DNA from: Escherichia coli
GTDB lineage: Bacteria; Pseudomonadota; Gammaproteobacteria; Enterobacterales; Enterobacteriaceae
Reading direction: 5' to 3' (one strand)
Length of the DNA stretch: 64,000 bases
Assembly (NCBI RefSeq): GCF_050920415.1
Contig: NZ_CP169309.1
The notes beneath the pieces are model-generated. The model saw nothing but the letters and a program-made list of their open reading frames with translations, did no database searches and was not told the DNA's origin. Made by a program: the position numbers and the translations under genes. Below, in pieces: positions 27,531 through 39,470 of the stretch (within the stretch, counting starts at the first letter, position 1; the number at the start of each line of letters is the position of its first letter).

Positions 27531-28228
27531 TGCAGGATATACAGCAGGAAACACTCAATGAGTGCACTAAAACGGAGCAATCCGCGCTGGTCGTGCTCTG
27601 GGAAATTGATCTGACAGAGGTCGGCGGAGATCGTTACTTTTTCTGCAATGAGCAGAACGAAAAAGGTGAACCAGTCACCTGGCAGGGGCGGCAGTATCAG
27701 GCCTATCCCATTCAGGGAAGTGGATTTGAGATGAACGGCAAAGGAGCCAGTGCAAGGCCAACGCTGAAAGTCTCTAATCTGCACGGCATGGTCACCGGGA
27801 TGGCGGAAGACCTGCAGAGTCTGGTCGGCGGAACGGTGGTCCGGCGTAAGGTTTACGCCCGTTTTCTGGATGCGGTGAACTTCGTCAACGGAAACAGTGA
27901 CGCCGATCCGGAGCAGGAGGTGATCAGCCGCTGGCGCATCGAGCAGTGCAGCGAACTGAGCGCGGTGAGTGCCTCCTTTGTACTGTCCACGCCGACGGAA
28001 ACGGATGGCGCTGTTTTTCCGGGACGTATCATGCTGGCCAACACCTGCACCTGGACCTATCGCGGTGATGAGTGCGGTTATCACGGTCCGGCAGTCGCGG
28101 ATGAATATGACCAGCTGACGTCCGATACCACGAAAGATAAATGCAGCAAATGCCTGAGTGGCTGTAAGTTTCGCAATAACGTCGGCAACTTTGGCGGCTT
28201 CCTTTCCATTAACAAACTTTCGCAGTAA
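27530..28228 (+). CDS. Minor tail protein (lambda gpL-like)
   Basis: TGATG coupling to gpM; Cys cluster near C-terminus typical of gpL. Confidence 0.85.
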   Translation: MQDIQQETLNECTKTEQSALVVLWEIDLTEVGGDRYFFCNEQNEKGEPVTWQGRQYQAYPIQGSGFEMNGKGASARPTLKVSNLHGMVTGMAEDLQSLVGGTVVRRKVYARFLDAVNFVNGNSDADPEQEVISRWRIEQCSELSAVSASFVLSTPTETDGAVFPGRIMLANTCTWTYRGDECGYHGPAVADEYDQLTSDTTKDKCSKCLSGCKFRNNVGNFGGFLSINKLSQ

Positions 28229-28232
28229 ACCC

Positions 28233-28976
28233 ATGACAGAAACAGAATCAGCGATTCTGGCGCACGCCCGGCGATGTGCGCCAGCGGAGTCGTGCGGCTT
28301 CGTGGTGAGAGCGCCGGAGGGGGAAAGATATTTTCCCTGCATGAATATTTCCGGTGAGCCGGAGGGTTATTTCCGGATGTCGCCGGAAGACTGGCTGCAG
28401 GCAGAGATGCAGGGTGAGATTGTGGCGCTGGTCCACAGCCACCCCGGTGGTCTGCCCTGGCTGAGTGAGGCCGACCGGCGGCTGCAGGTGCAGAGTGATT
28501 TGCCGTGGTGGCTGGTCTGCCTGGGCGTGATTCACAAGTTCCGCTGTGTGCCGTATCTCACCGGGCGGCGCTTTGAGCACGGAGTGACGGACTGTTACAC
28601 GCTGTTCCGGGACGCTTACCATCTGGCGGGAATTGAGATGCCGGATTTTCATCGCGAGGATGACTGGTGGCGTCACGGTCAGAATCTCTATCTTGACAAT
28701 ATGGAGGCAACGGGTTTTTACCGTGTCGCACTGACAGAGGCGCAGCCGGGCGACGTGCTGCTGTGCAGCTTTGGTTCATCGGTGCCGAATCATGCTGCCA
28801 TTTACTGTGGCGACGGCGAGCTGCTGCACCATATTCCTGAACAACTGAGTAAACGAGAGAGGTACACCGACAAATGGCAGCGACGCACACACTCCCTCTG
28901 GCGTCACCGGGCATGGCACGCATCTGCCTTTACGGGGATTTGCAACGATTTGGCCGCCGCATCGACCTTCGTGTGA
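28233..28976 (+). CDS. Tail assembly protein (lambda gpK-like; JAB/MPN + NlpC/P60)
   Basis: HSHP JAMM-like motif and NlpC/P60-like C-terminus; track ORF trimmed to Met MTETESA. Confidence 0.85.
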   Translation: MTETESAILAHARRCAPAESCGFVVRAPEGERYFPCMNISGEPEGYFRMSPEDWLQAEMQGEIVALVHSHPGGLPWLSEADRRLQVQSDLPWWLVCLGVIHKFRCVPYLTGRRFEHGVTDCYTLFRDAYHLAGIEMPDFHREDDWWRHGQNLYLDNMEATGFYRVALTEAQPGDVLLCSFGSSVPNHAAIYCGDGELLHHIPEQLSKRERYTDKWQRRTHSLWRHRAWHASAFTGICNDLAAASTFV

Positions 28977-29521
28977 AAACGGGGGCTGAAGCCATCCGGG
29001 CGCTGGCCACACAGCTCCCGGCGTTTCGTCAGAAACTGAGCGATGGCTGGTATCAGATACGGATTGCCGGGCGTGATACAGGTGAAAACGAATTATCAGC
29101 CCGTCTGAATGAGCCGCTGGAAAATGGTGCCGTGATCCACATCGTACCGCGTCTGGCGGGTGCTAAAAGTGGCGGTATTTTTCAGGCAGTGCTGGGGGCG
29201 GCGTTGATTGCGGTTGCATGGTGGAACCCTGTGGGCTGGCTGGGGGCCGCGGCTGTATCGGGTATGTATGCGGCAGGGGCCAGTATGATCCTGGGCGGTG
29301 TTGCACAGATGCTGGCCCCCAAACCCAGAACCCCCCGAACACAGACAACGGATAACGGTAAGCAGAACACCTATTTCTCCTCACTGGATAACATGGTTGC
29401 CCAGGGCAATGTTCTGCCTGTTCTGTACGGTGAAATGCGCGTGGGGTCACGCGTGGTTTCTCAGGAGATCAGCACGGCAGACGAAGGGGACGGTGGTCAG
29501 GTTGTGGTGATTGGTCGCTGA
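28874..29521 (+). CDS. Tail assembly protein (lambda gpI-like)
   Basis: Starts MAATHTLPLASPGMARICLYGDLQRFGRR as lambda I; overlaps gpK 3' end as in lambda. Confidence 0.85.
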   Translation: MAATHTLPLASPGMARICLYGDLQRFGRRIDLRVKTGAEAIRALATQLPAFRQKLSDGWYQIRIAGRDTGENELSARLNEPLENGAVIHIVPRLAGAKSGGIFQAVLGAALIAVAWWNPVGWLGAAAVSGMYAAGASMILGGVAQMLAPKPRTPRTQTTDNGKQNTYFSSLDNMVAQGNVLPVLYGEMRVGSRVVSQEISTADEGDGGQVVVIGR

Positions 29522-29581
29522 TGCAAAATGTTTTATGTGAAACCGCCTGCGGGCGGTTTTATCGTTTATGGAGCGTGAGGA

Positions 29582-32500
29582 ATGGGTAAAGGCAGCAGTA
29601 AGGGGCATACCCCGCGCGAAGCGAAGGACAACCTGAAGTCCACGCAGCTGCTGAGTGTGATCGATGCCATCAGCGAAGGGCCGGTTGAAGGTCCGGTGGA
29701 TGGATTAAAAAGCGTGCTGCTGAACAGTACACCTGTGCTGGACAGAGAGGGGAATACCAATATCTCCGGCGTCACGGTGGTGTTCCGGGCCGGTGAGCAG
29801 GAGCAGACACCGCCGGAGGGGTTTGAATCCTCCGGCTCCGAGACGGTGCTGGGTACGGAAGTGAAATATGACACGCCGATCACCCGCACCATTACGTCTG
29901 CAAACATCGACCGTCTGCGCTTTACCTTCGGTGTACAGGCACTGGTGGAAACCACCTCAAAGGGTGACAGGAATCCGTCGGAAGTCCGCCTGCTGGTTCA
30001 GATACAACGTAACGGTGGCTGGGTGACGGAAAAAGACATCACCATTAAGGGCAAAACCACCTCGCAGTATCTGGCCTCGGTGGTGGTGGGTAACCTGCCG
30101 CCGCGCCCGTTCAACATCCGGATGCGCAGGATGACGCCGGACAGCACCACAGACCAGCTGCAGAACAAAACGCTCTGGTCGTCATACACTGAAATTATCG
30201 ATGTGAAACAGTGCTACCCGAACACGGCACTGGTCGGCGTGCAGGTGGACTCGGAGCAGTTCGGCAGCCAGCAGGTGAGCCGTAATTATCATCTGCGCGG
30301 GCGTATTCTGCAGGTGCCGTCGAACTATAACCCGCAGACGCGGCAATACAGCGGTATCTGGGACGGGACGTTTAAACCGGCATACAGCAACAATATGGCA
30401 TGGTGTCTGTGGGATATGCTGACCCATCCGCGCTACGGCATGGGGAAACGTCTTGGTGCGGCGGATGTGGACAAATGGGCGCTGTATGTCATCGGCCAGT
30501 ACTGCGACCAGTCGGTGCCGGACGGCTTTGGCGGCACGGAGCCGCGCATCACCTGTAATGCGTACCTGACCACACAGCGCAAGGCGTGGGATGTGCTCAG
30601 TGATTTCTGCTCGGCGATGCGCTGTATGCCGGTATGGAACGGGCAGACGCTGACGTTCGTGCAGGACCGACCATCAGATAAGGTGTGGACCTATAACCGC
30701 AGTAATGTGGTGATGCCGGATGATGGCGCGCCGTTCCGCTACAGCTTCAGCGCCCTGAAGGACCGCCATAATGCCGTTGAGGTGAACTGGATTGACCCGA
30801 ACAACGGCTGGGAGACGGCGACAGAGCTTGTTGAAGATACGCAGGCCATTGCCCGTTACGGTCGTAATGTTACGAAGATGGATGCCTTTGGCTGTACCAG
30901 CCGGGGGCAGGCACACCGCGCCGGGCTGTGGCTGATTAAAACGGAGCTGCTGGAGACGCAGACCGTGGATTTCAGCGTGGGTGCCGAAGGGCTTCGCCAT
31001 GTGCCGGGTGATGTTATTGAAATCTGCGATGATGACTATGCCGGTATCCGCACCGGCGGGCGCGTGCTGGCTGTGAACAGCCAGACCCGGACGCTGACGC
31101 TCGACCGTGAAATCACGCTGCCATCCTCCGGTACCACGCTGATAAGCCTGGTTGACGGAAGTGGCAATCCGGTCAGCGTGGAGGTCCAGTCCGTCACCGA
31201 CGGCGTGAAGGTAAAAGTGAGCCGTGTTCCTGACGGCGTTGCCGGATACAGCGTATGGGGGCTGAAGCTGCCGACGCTGCGCCAGCGCCTGTTCCGCTGC
31301 GTGAGTATCCGTGAGAACGATGACGGCACGTATGCCATCACCGCCGTGCAGCATGTACCGGAAAAAGAGGCCATCGTGGATAACGGGGCGCACTTTGACG
31401 GCGACCAGAGCGGCACGGTGAATGGTGTCACGCCGCCAGCGGTGCAGCACCTGACTGCCGAAGTCACCGCAGACAGCGGGGAATATCAGGTGCTGGCGCG
31501 CTGGGACACGCCGAAGGTGGTGAAGGGCGTGAGCTTCCTGCTCCGTCTGACCGTAACAGCGGATGACGGCAGTGAGCGGCTGGTCAGCACGGCCCGGACG
31601 ACGGAAACCACATACCGCTTCAGGCAGCTGACGCTGGGGCGTTACAGGCTGACAGTCCGGGCGGTAAATGCGTGGGGGCAGCAGGGCGATCCGGCATCGG
31701 TATCGTTCCGGATTGCCGCACCGGCAGCGCCGTCGCGGATTGAGCTGACACCGGGGTATTTTCAGATAACGGCGGTCCCGAAACTGGCTGTATATGACCC
31801 GACGGTGCAGTTTGATTTCTGGTTCTCGGAAAAACGGATTGCGGATATCAGGCAGGTTGAAACCACAGCCCGCTATCTTGGCACGGCGCTGTACTGGATA
31901 GCTGCCAGTATCAATATCAGGCCGGGCCATGATTATTATTTTTACGTTCGCAGTGTGAACACCGTTGGCAAATCGGCATTCGTGGAGGCTGTTGGTCAGC
32001 CGAGTGATGATGCATCCGGCTATCTGGATTTTTTCAAAGGCGAGATAGGAAAAACCCATCTGGCTCAGGAGCTGTGGACGCAGATTGATAACGGTCAGCT
32101 GGCGCCTGATCTGGCTGAAATCAGGACGTCCATTACGGATGTCAGCAATGAAATCACACAGACCGTCAATAAGAAACTGGAAGACCAGAGTGCGGCAATT
32201 CAGCAGATACAGAAGGTTCAGGTTGATACAAATAATAACCTGAACAGCATGTGGGCTGTGAAGCTGCAGCAGATGCAGGACGGACGCCTTTATATCGCGG
32301 GTATTGGTGCCGGTATTGAGAACACCCCTGACGGCATGCAGAGTCAGGTGCTGCTGGCGGCGGACAGGATTGCGATGGTTAATCCTGCGAATGGCAACAC
32401 AAAACCGATGTTTGTTGGTCAGGGCGATCAGATATTCATGAACGACGTGTTCCTGAAGCGCCTGACGGCCCCCACCATTACCAGCGGCGGCAATCCCCCG

Positions 32501-33061
32501 GCCTTTTCCCTGACACCGGACGGAAAGCTGACGGCTAAAAATGCGGATATCAGTGGCAGTGTGAATGCGAACTCCGGGACGCTCAACAACGTCACGATTA
32601 ATGAGAACTGTCAGATTAAGGGGAAACTGTCAGCCAATCAGATTGAAGGCGATATTGTCAAAACAGTGGGTAAGGCTTTCCCGCGGGACTCCCGGGCACC
32701 GGAGCGGTGGCCATCAGGGACCATTACCGTCAGGATTTATGACGATCAGCCTTTTGACAGGCAAATTGTTATTCCAGCGGTGGCATTCTGCGGCGCTAAA
32801 CATGAGCGGGAGAATAACGATATTTATTCGTCATGCCGCCTGATAGTGAAGAAAAATGGTGCTGAAATTTATAACCGTACCGCGCTGGATAATACGCTGA
32901 TTTACAGTGGTGTTATTGATATGCCAGCTGGTCACGGCCACATGACGCTGGAGTTTTCGGTGTCAGCATGGCTGGTAAATGACTGGTATCCCACAGCAAG
33001 TATCAGCGATTTGCTGGTTGTGGTGATGAAGAAAGCCACCGCAGGCATCAGTATCAGCTGA
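29582..33061 (+). CDS. Central tail fibre / host specificity protein (lambda gpJ-like)
   Basis: 1159 aa; N-terminus [34 protein letters not shown] as in gpJ. Confidence 0.9.
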   Translation: MGKGSSKGHTPREAKDNLKSTQLLSVIDAISEGPVEGPVDGLKSVLLNSTPVLDREGNTNISGVTVVFRAGEQEQTPPEGFESSGSETVLGTEVKYDTPITRTITSANIDRLRFTFGVQALVETTSKGDRNPSEVRLLVQIQRNGGWVTEKDITIKGKTTSQYLASVVVGNLPPRPFNIRMRRMTPDSTTDQLQNKTLWSSYTEIIDVKQCYPNTALVGVQVDSEQFGSQQVSRNYHLRGRILQVPSNYNPQTRQYSGIWDGTFKPAYSNNMAWCLWDMLTHPRYGMGKRLGAADVDKWALYVIGQYCDQSVPDGFGGTEPRITCNAYLTTQRKAWDVLSDFCSAMRCMPVWNGQTLTFVQDRPSDKVWTYNRSNVVMPDDGAPFRYSFSALKDRHNAVEVNWIDPNNGWETATELVEDTQAIARYGRNVTKMDAFGCTSRGQAHRAGLWLIKTELLETQTVDFSVGAEGLRHVPGDVIEICDDDYAGIRTGGRVLAVNSQTRTLTLDREITLPSSGTTLISLVDGSGNPVSVEVQSVTDGVKVKVSRVPDGVAGYSVWGLKLPTLRQRLFRCVSIRENDDGTYAITAVQHVPEKEAIVDNGAHFDGDQSGTVNGVTPPAVQHLTAEVTADSGEYQVLARWDTPKVVKGVSFLLRLTVTADDGSERLVSTARTTETTYRFRQLTLGRYRLTVRAVNAWGQQGDPASVSFRIAAPAAPSRIELTPGYFQITAVPKLAVYDPTVQFDFWFSEKRIADIRQVETTARYLGTALYWIAASINIRPGHDYYFYVRSVNTVGKSAFVEAVGQPSDDASGYLDFFKGEIGKTHLAQELWTQIDNGQLAPDLAEIRTSITDVSNEITQTVNKKLEDQSAAIQQIQKVQVDTNNNLNSMWAVKLQQMQDGRLYIAGIGAGIENTPDGMQSQVLLAADRIAMVNPANGNTKPMFVGQGDQIFMNDVFLKRLTAPTITSGGNPPAFSLTPDGKLTAKNADISGSVNANSGTLNNVTINENCQIKGKLSANQIEGDIVKTVGKAFPRDSRAPERWPSGTITVRIYDDQPFDRQIVIPAVAFCGAKHERENNDIYSSCRLIVKKNGAEIYNRTALDNTLIYSGVIDMPAGHGHMTLEFSVSAWLVNDWYPTASISDLLVVVMKKATAGISIS

Positions 33062-33127
33062 ATTTTATAACCCCAATACGGGCGCCAGAAATGGCGCTTT
33101 TTTATTGCAGAAAAGCGAGAGGTAATT

Positions 33128-33727
33128 ATGCGTAAATTATGTGCTGTTATTCTGTCTGCAGTAGTCTGGCTGGTCGCCGCTGGTACGCCAGCGAGTGCAG
33201 CAGAGCATCAGTCCACACTAAGCGGCGGGTATCTTCAGTCCCATACTGATATGCCCGGAAACGATGACCTGAAGGGCATTAACGTGAAATACCGTTATGA
33301 ATTTACGGACACGCTGGGGCTGATTACGTCATTCAGTTATGCCAACGCTGAAGATGAGCAAAAAACGCATTACAGCGATACCCGCTGGCATGAAGATTCC
33401 GTGCGTAACCGCTGGTTCAGCGTGATGGCGGGGCCGTCTGTGCGCGTGAATGAATGGTTCAGCGCGTATGCGATGGCGGGTATGGCTTACAGCCGTGTTT
33501 CGACTTTCTCCGGAGATTATATCCGCGTAACTGACAACAAGGGGAAAAAGCACGATGTGCTGACCGGAAGTGATGACGGTCGCCACAGCAACACGTCTCT
33601 GGCGTGGGGGGCTGGCGTGCAGTTTAACCCGACCGAATCCGTGGCCATTGATATTGCTTATGAAGGCTCCGGCAGTGGTGACTGGCGCATTGACGGTTTC
33701 ATCGTGGGTGTCGGTTATAAATTCTGA
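33128..33727 (+). CDS. lom: Lom-like outer-membrane protein (Ail/Lom family)
   Basis: Signal peptide, beta-barrel pattern, C-terminal ...GVGYKF; directly after gpJ as in lambda. Confidence 0.85.
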   Translation: MRKLCAVILSAVVWLVAAGTPASAAEHQSTLSGGYLQSHTDMPGNDDLKGINVKYRYEFTDTLGLITSFSYANAEDEQKTHYSDTRWHEDSVRNRWFSVMAGPSVRVNEWFSAYAMAGMAYSRVSTFSGDYIRVTDNKGKKHDVLTGSDDGRHSNTSLAWGAGVQFNPTESVAIDIAYEGSGSGDWRIDGFIVGVGYKF

Positions 33728-33753
33728 TTAGCCAGGTAACACAGTGTTATGAC

Positions 33754-33782
33754 AGCCCGCCGGGTTCAGGCGGGCTTTTTTG
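33754..33782 (+). terminator. Intrinsic terminator after lom
   Basis: AGCCCGCC-gggttcag-GCGGGCT followed by TTTTTTG. Confidence 0.55.
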
Positions 33783-33792
33783 TGGGGTGAAT

Positions 33793-35883
33793 ATGGCAGT
33801 AAAGATTTCAGGTGTCCTGAAGGACGGAGCGGGTGAGCCTGTCGTAAACTGTGCGATTGAATTGCGTGCCAGAAGAACCAGTCCGACAGTTGTGGTTAAT
33901 ATTGTGGCAACCTGTCTTACGGGAAGTGATGGTGGGTATACTATTAATGCTGAGCCGGGATTTTATGATGTATTTTTGTCCCGCTCAGGGCATCCTCCTG
34001 TAAAGGCGGGGGAAATTTATGTTGCACCGACAGATGAGCCGGATACGCTGAATGCTTTTCTGGATGCACCAAAGGAGGGTGATTTACGCCCTGAGGTAAT
34101 GAAGCGTTTTGAGGAAATGATAAATACCGTTTTTCGCTTGTCTGAGCAGGTGGTCAGTGACAGGGAGAGAGCAGAAACAGCTGCTGATGATGCAATCAAT
34201 GCAGCAACATCTGCGGCGGTTAGTAAGGATGAGGCAGAAGAGCTAAAAAATCAGACACAGCAGAGCGCCGAAGCTGCAGCCGGAAACGCACAGCAGACGG
34301 CACAGGATGTGACGACAACCGCAACGGCCCGTGATGATGCGGAACGTTTTGCGGGTGAGGCAGAAAACAGCGCACAGTCATCAGGCACATCGCGGGATGA
34401 ATCAGTCGATGCCGCCGAACGTGCCCGCCTTTATCATAATGCCGCATCATCAGCTGCAACCAGCGCGGAAAATGCAGCAAATGCTGCACTCGGGCATGAA
34501 AATAACGCTGCCGAATACGCCCGACAGGCTAAAGACAGCCAGGATGCAGGTGCAGACAATGCGCAGGAAGCGAAACAGTACAGGGATGAGGCGCAGCAGA
34601 TAGTTGATGACCTGAATGCAACAAATGCCAGCACGACAGAAAAAGGTCTGGTGCAACTGTGTAGTGATACGGACAACGACAGCGATGAACTGGCTGCCAC
34701 GCCAAAGGCTGTCAAAGCCGTCATGGACGAAACGAAAACAAAAGCGCCACTGGACAGCCCGGCCTTCACCGGCACCCCAACCACCCCAACCCCACCGGAT
34801 GATGCCGCCGGTCTGGAAGCAGCGAACGCAGCGTTTGTGCGCAAACTGCTTGCTGCGCTGGTTGGCTCATCGCCGGAAGTTCTGGACACCCTGAACGAGC
34901 TGGCAGCGGCGCTGGGCAATGACCCGAACTTTGCGACGACAATCACAAACGCGCTGGCAGGCAAACAACCGCTTAATGACGTCTTAACGGCAATCAGCGC
35001 ACTGACGCAACGGGCAGATAATCTTCTGTACTTCAATACGGACGGGAATGCCTCACTGTCTCCGCTGTCAGAGAAGGCCCGCGCATTACTGGCGCATGAC
35101 ACGGCTGAAGCCATGCGCACGGAGCTTGAGCTGAACGCGGCTGCGACGATGGAACCCCAGAGTGATATCCGTGACCGCACACCGGGCAGGCTGGCCCTGT
35201 CCGGGATGTATGGGTTTGGACAGGCATTCACCAGCGCCGAAGCTCTGTCATTTAACGGACAGGCTGATTTCGTTATATGGCTGCAGACAGTCACCCCGGG
35301 GCGTTATGCGGTCAGTATTGCGGACTCCTCCACGCTGCTGAAGGGGACCACGAAATTTAACGGTATCATTGATGTGATGTGGTCACCGTCTGATAACGAC
35401 GAATCAGACACGGCGCGTAAATTCAAAACGCTGCTGTACTACAACCAGTATTACGAGGATGAGCACAGCATACATTGTATGCGTTATCGCTACAGTGGTA
35501 ACAGCTGGAATGCAACATCAAGCCTTATTGTGTATGACGGCAACTCCCTGGCATATCTGATGTCCTCAACCGCCGGTAATGGTCCGTTCTCATATTACAA
35601 ATACCCGGCCGTCGGTGTGCCGATAATGGCGGTATATCAGGGAGAAAGTTTTGGTGAAAATGCTTCTCTGGGACTCGGTGATACTGTGCCGGGTTCCCGT
35701 CTTGGTCCTCTGGCCATGAGTGCACAGGTTAGTGATACAGGGACATACGCATCCTCACCGCAGGTTGTGATTGGCGGTGCCGGTGAATACAACTTCCCCG
35801 GTCGTTACACGGCGCTTTCGGGCCTGGGTAACAATTATGGTACTCAGCGTGGCTTTATCGGTCTTTTTGTACGCATTGAGTAA
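33793..35883 (+). CDS. stf: Side tail fibre protein (lambda Stf-like)
   Basis: N-terminus MAVKISGVLKDGAGEPV as lambda Stf; Ala/Ser-rich repeats; conserved ...LAATPKAVK...NELAAALGNDP region. Confidence 0.85.
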   Translation: MAVKISGVLKDGAGEPVVNCAIELRARRTSPTVVVNIVATCLTGSDGGYTINAEPGFYDVFLSRSGHPPVKAGEIYVAPTDEPDTLNAFLDAPKEGDLRPEVMKRFEEMINTVFRLSEQVVSDRERAETAADDAINAATSAAVSKDEAEELKNQTQQSAEAAAGNAQQTAQDVTTTATARDDAERFAGEAENSAQSSGTSRDESVDAAERARLYHNAASSAATSAENAANAALGHENNAAEYARQAKDSQDAGADNAQEAKQYRDEAQQIVDDLNATNASTTEKGLVQLCSDTDNDSDELAATPKAVKAVMDETKTKAPLDSPAFTGTPTTPTPPDDAAGLEAANAAFVRKLLAALVGSSPEVLDTLNELAAALGNDPNFATTITNALAGKQPLNDVLTAISALTQRADNLLYFNTDGNASLSPLSEKARALLAHDTAEAMRTELELNAAATMEPQSDIRDRTPGRLALSGMYGFGQAFTSAEALSFNGQADFVIWLQTVTPGRYAVSIADSSTLLKGTTKFNGIIDVMWSPSDNDESDTARKFKTLLYYNQYYEDEHSIHCMRYRYSGNSWNATSSLIVYDGNSLAYLMSSTAGNGPFSYYKYPAVGVPIMAVYQGESFGENASLGLGDTVPGSRLGPLAMSAQVSDTGTYASSPQVVIGGAGEYNFPGRYTALSGLGNNYGTQRGFIGLFVRIE

Positions 35884-35897
35884 TGAGGAAATCAGGC

Positions 35898-36470
35898 ATG
35901 AAAATCAGAGCGGTGAAAGGCATCAGAAACGCACATTATCTTGAAAATGGTGCGGTTGACTGCGAGGTGTTATTTGAAGGTGAAACGGAGTTCGCCCTGT
36001 ATACTGCCATACAGGATGATATGGCCCCGACAGGCCAGCATGTCTGGCAGGAGCTGCAAAGCGGGAAATGGGGCGAAATCGCCCCGTTCACCGTCACGCC
36101 GGAACTTATTGCAGCGGCAAAGGATGCCAAAAGGCGGGAAATTGAGGCATGGCGCGACAGTCAGGAAAACGTTGAGTTTATTTTCACGTTTGATGGCCGT
36201 CGTTTTGATGGCGGAAAAACCTCGCAGTCACGCCTTGCGCCCGTGGTTGCAACAGCGCAGGCCGGACTGCTTCCGGAGGGTTTTTTCTGGACTGATGCGG
36301 ATAATAACAACGTCGTACTGACCAGGGAGAAACTTATTGCGCTGAACGATGCCATGATGGTGGCCATGGTGGCGGAGGGCTTTAAAATCCACGAACGCCA
36401 GCGCGAGATGAAGGAACAACTGAATAATCTGAATGACTTGGCTTCAATTCGAGCGCTTGACGTTACGTAA
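35898..36470 (+). CDS. Tail-fibre-associated protein in the Tfa position (Tfa signature not recognised)
   Basis: Directly after stf where the fibre assembly chaperone is expected; I cannot see the usual Tfa C-terminal pattern. Confidence 0.4.
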   Translation: MKIRAVKGIRNAHYLENGAVDCEVLFEGETEFALYTAIQDDMAPTGQHVWQELQSGKWGEIAPFTVTPELIAAAKDAKRREIEAWRDSQENVEFIFTFDGRRFDGGKTSQSRLAPVVATAQAGLLPEGFFWTDADNNNVVLTREKLIALNDAMMVAMVAEGFKIHERQREMKEQLNNLNDLASIRALDVT

Positions 36471-36540
36471 TAAAAATCACTGATATGCCAGCCCCTTGTA
36501 AAGATATTGATCAGGGTTGTTTTGATGTGAATTAGATTTA

Positions 36541-36650
36541 CATGGGGTGCTTTGGGGCATGTATGGGACAGAAATGTCTGTTTTGGGACATTTTGGGGCA
36601 TGGTTGGGACACTATAACACATACGAACTTAACCGAATTTCGTATGGTGT
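36541..36650. repeat. Repeat cluster at the prophage right end (TTGGGGCATG x2, TGGGACA x3, plus CATACGAA/TTCGTATG inverted repeat)
   Basis: Short direct repeats between the last phage gene and yecD; consistent with attR arm-type recombinase/IHF sites. Confidence 0.4.
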
Positions 36651-36820
36651 TAATTTTTAACGTGTTGAATACACTAGAGAAAGCGAATGCTCTTGGGCGT
36701 TCTTTAGTGATTTTTAAAATAGTCCTGTCATGCAGTTAAAGTGGCGGGCATACTCTTCAAGGCTGGTGATCCCCAACCGCACCCATTTAGGATGCGACCA
36801 TTGTGGCAGACCGATGTAAA

Positions 36821-37387
36821 TCATAATGCGTTGAGGATCTCTTCCACACTGCGCACACGGGCGATGCGTGGGTAGATATGGTTGATGCTGTTATTATGCT
36901 GCTCAGCGCTGGCGGCGCTGCAGGCGTCTTCGGCAATCACCAGATTAAAACCAAGTTCCCAGGCATTGCGGGCGGTGGATTCAACACCGATATTGGTCGA
37001 GATCCCACATAATACTATTGTATCGATACCCCGGCGGCGTAATTGCAACTCCAGATCCGTACCGTAAAACGCACCCCATTGACGTTTGATGATTTCAATA
37101 TCGCTGTCTGTTGCACCCAATGCAGCAGGATGTTGCCACCAATTTTCGGGCAACACTTTAGCGGGGGAGGGGGCATCAACCGGCTGTTTTAATGCTTCGG
37201 CGTAATCGGTAGACCAACCAACGCGCACCAGAAACACGGGCTGACCGTTCGCGCGAAATTTCGCCGCCAGCTTCCCTGCTCGATTAACCACCTCATCGGC
37301 AGTATGAGGACCACCGGCAAAAGGTAAGATGCCTTCTTGTAAGTCAATTACCACCAGCGCAGTGGTATTAGCATTCAGTTCAAGCAT
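36821..37387 (-). CDS. yecD: Isochorismatase-family hydrolase YecD
   Basis: 188 aa recognised as E. coli YecD; divergent from aspS as in the chromosome. Confidence 0.9.
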   Translation of the reverse strand: MLELNANTTALVVIDLQEGILPFAGGPHTADEVVNRAGKLAAKFRANGQPVFLVRVGWSTDYAEALKQPVDAPSPAKVLPENWWQHPAALGATDSDIEIIKRQWGAFYGTDLELQLRRRGIDTIVLCGISTNIGVESTARNAWELGFNLVIAEDACSAASAEQHNNSINHIYPRIARVRSVEEILNAL

Positions 37388-37696
37388 ATTGTCTCCTGAT
37401 AAAACAAAATCGTGCCTCTCACCTTAATGCGATTAGCCGATGGCGGAACGACAATTTTTGTTAATTTTTATGAGTTCGGGCAACACCTTTATAGCAAACT
37501 GGCGTAGAGTCTGATTTCAGGCCCGATATAAAGTGGTAACGAGGCGTTCCAGCGCGGGCCAGGCTCTTACGGTGCGGCAGAATTTCCAGTATAATAGCCG
37601 CCTTTTTTCATTCAGTTGTGACATACAGCTAACGCTGCGACTTGGTCACCTGCGCAGCAGGGGGCATCCGCCGGCAGCTAAGTTAAGGGATATCTC

Positions 37697-39469
37697 ATGC
37701 GTACAGAATATTGTGGACAGCTCCGTTTGTCCCACGTGGGGCAGCAGGTGACTCTGTGTGGTTGGGTCAACCGTCGTCGTGATCTTGGTAGCCTGATCTT
37801 CATCGATATGCGCGACCGCGAAGGTATCGTGCAGGTATTTTTCGATCCGGATCGTGCGGACGCGTTAAAGCTGGCCTCTGAACTGCGTAATGAGTTCTGC
37901 ATTCAGGTCACGGGCACCGTACGTGCGCGTGACGAAAAAAATATCAACCGCGATATGGCGACCGGCGAAATCGAAGTGCTGGCCTCCTCGCTGACCATCA
38001 TCAACCGCGCAGACGTTCTGCCGCTTGACTCTAACCACGTCAACACCGAAGAAGCGCGTCTGAAATACCGCTACCTCGACCTGCGTCGCCCGGAAATGGC
38101 TCAGCGCCTGAAAACCCGCGCTAAAATCACCAGCCTGGTGCGCCGTTTTATGGATGACCACGGCTTCCTTGACATCGAAACTCCGATGCTGACCAAAGCC
38201 ACGCCGGAAGGCGCACGTGACTACCTGGTGCCTTCTCGTGTGCACAAAGGGAAATTCTACGCACTGCCGCAGTCTCCGCAGCTGTTCAAACAGCTGCTGA
38301 TGATGTCCGGTTTTGACCGCTACTATCAGATTGTAAAATGCTTCCGTGACGAAGACCTGCGTGCTGATCGTCAGCCTGAATTCACCCAGATCGATGTGGA
38401 AACCTCTTTCATGACCGCGCCGCAAGTGCGTGAAGTGATGGAAGCGCTGGTACGCCATTTGTGGCTGGAAGTGAAGGGCGTGGATCTCGGTGATTTCCCT
38501 GTAATGACCTTTGCGGAAGCAGAACGCCGTTATGGTTCTGATAAACCGGATCTGCGTAACCCGATGGAACTGACTGACGTTGCCGATCTGCTGAAATCCG
38601 TTGAGTTCGCGGTATTCGCAGGTCCGGCGAACGATCCGAAAGGCCGCGTTGCTGCTCTGCGTGTTCCGGGTGGCGCATCGCTGACCCGTAAGCAGATCGA
38701 CGAATACGGTAACTTCGTTAAAATCTACGGCGCGAAAGGTCTGGCGTACATCAAAGTTAACGAACGTGCGAAAGGTCTGGAAGGTATCAACAGCCCGGTA
38801 GCGAAGTTCCTCAACGCTGAAATCATCGAAGCCATCCTGGATCGTACTGCCGCGCAAGATGGCGATATGATTTTCTTCGGTGCTGATAACAAGAAAATTG
38901 TTGCCGACGCGATGGGCGCATTGCGTCTGAAAGTGGGTAAAGACCTTGGTCTGACCGACGAAAGCAAATGGGCACCGCTATGGGTTATCGACTTCCCGAT
39001 GTTTGAAGACGACGGTGAAGGCGGCCTGACGGCAATGCACCATCCGTTCACCTCACCGAAAGATATGACGGCGGCAGAGTTGAAAGCTGCACCGGAAAAT
39101 GCGGTGGCGAACGCTTACGATATGGTCATCAATGGTTACGAAGTGGGCGGTGGTTCTGTGCGTATCCATAATGGGGATATGCAGCAGACGGTGTTTGGTA
39201 TTCTGGGGATCAACGAAGAGGAACAGCGCGAGAAATTCGGCTTCCTGCTCGACGCCCTGAAATACGGTACTCCGCCGCACGCAGGTCTGGCATTCGGTCT
39301 TGACCGTCTGACCATGCTGCTGACCGGTACCGACAACATCCGTGACGTTATCGCCTTCCCGAAAACCACGGCGGCAGCGTGTCTGATGACCGAAGCGCCA
39401 AGCTTTGCTAACCCGACTGCTCTGTCCGAGCTGAGCATTCAGGTTGTGAAGAAGGCAGAGAATAATTGA
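37697..39469 (+). CDS. aspS: Aspartate--tRNA ligase
   Basis: 590 aa with class II aaRS motifs (FRDEDLR..., GLDR); N-terminus [24 protein letters not shown]. Confidence 0.95.
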   Translation: MRTEYCGQLRLSHVGQQVTLCGWVNRRRDLGSLIFIDMRDREGIVQVFFDPDRADALKLASELRNEFCIQVTGTVRARDEKNINRDMATGEIEVLASSLTIINRADVLPLDSNHVNTEEARLKYRYLDLRRPEMAQRLKTRAKITSLVRRFMDDHGFLDIETPMLTKATPEGARDYLVPSRVHKGKFYALPQSPQLFKQLLMMSGFDRYYQIVKCFRDEDLRADRQPEFTQIDVETSFMTAPQVREVMEALVRHLWLEVKGVDLGDFPVMTFAEAERRYGSDKPDLRNPMELTDVADLLKSVEFAVFAGPANDPKGRVAALRVPGGASLTRKQIDEYGNFVKIYGAKGLAYIKVNERAKGLEGINSPVAKFLNAEIIEAILDRTAAQDGDMIFFGADNKKIVADAMGALRLKVGKDLGLTDESKWAPLWVIDFPMFEDDGEGGLTAMHHPFTSPKDMTAAELKAAPENAVANAYDMVINGYEVGGGSVRIHNGDMQQTVFGILGINEEEQREKFGFLLDALKYGTPPHAGLAFGLDRLTMLLTGTDNIRDVIAFPKTTAAACLMTEAPSFANPTALSELSIQVVKKAENN

Positions 39470-39470
39470 T

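Noticed and set aside
27524-28342. Track ORF 27524..28342 (-), 272 aa
   Set aside because: Antisense to gpL/gpK-like tail genes; Ala/Arg-rich artefact of GC-rich coding sequence.
30674-32059. Track ORF 30674..32059 (-), 461 aa
   Set aside because: Antisense to the gpJ-like gene; Arg/Pro-rich product typical of reverse frames in GC-rich genes.
34434-35294. Track ORF 34434..35294 (-), 286 aa
   Set aside because: Antisense to the Ala/Ser-rich repeats of the side tail fibre gene.
37865-38857. Track ORF 37865..38857 (-), 330 aa
   Set aside because: Antisense to aspS, a highly conserved core gene.
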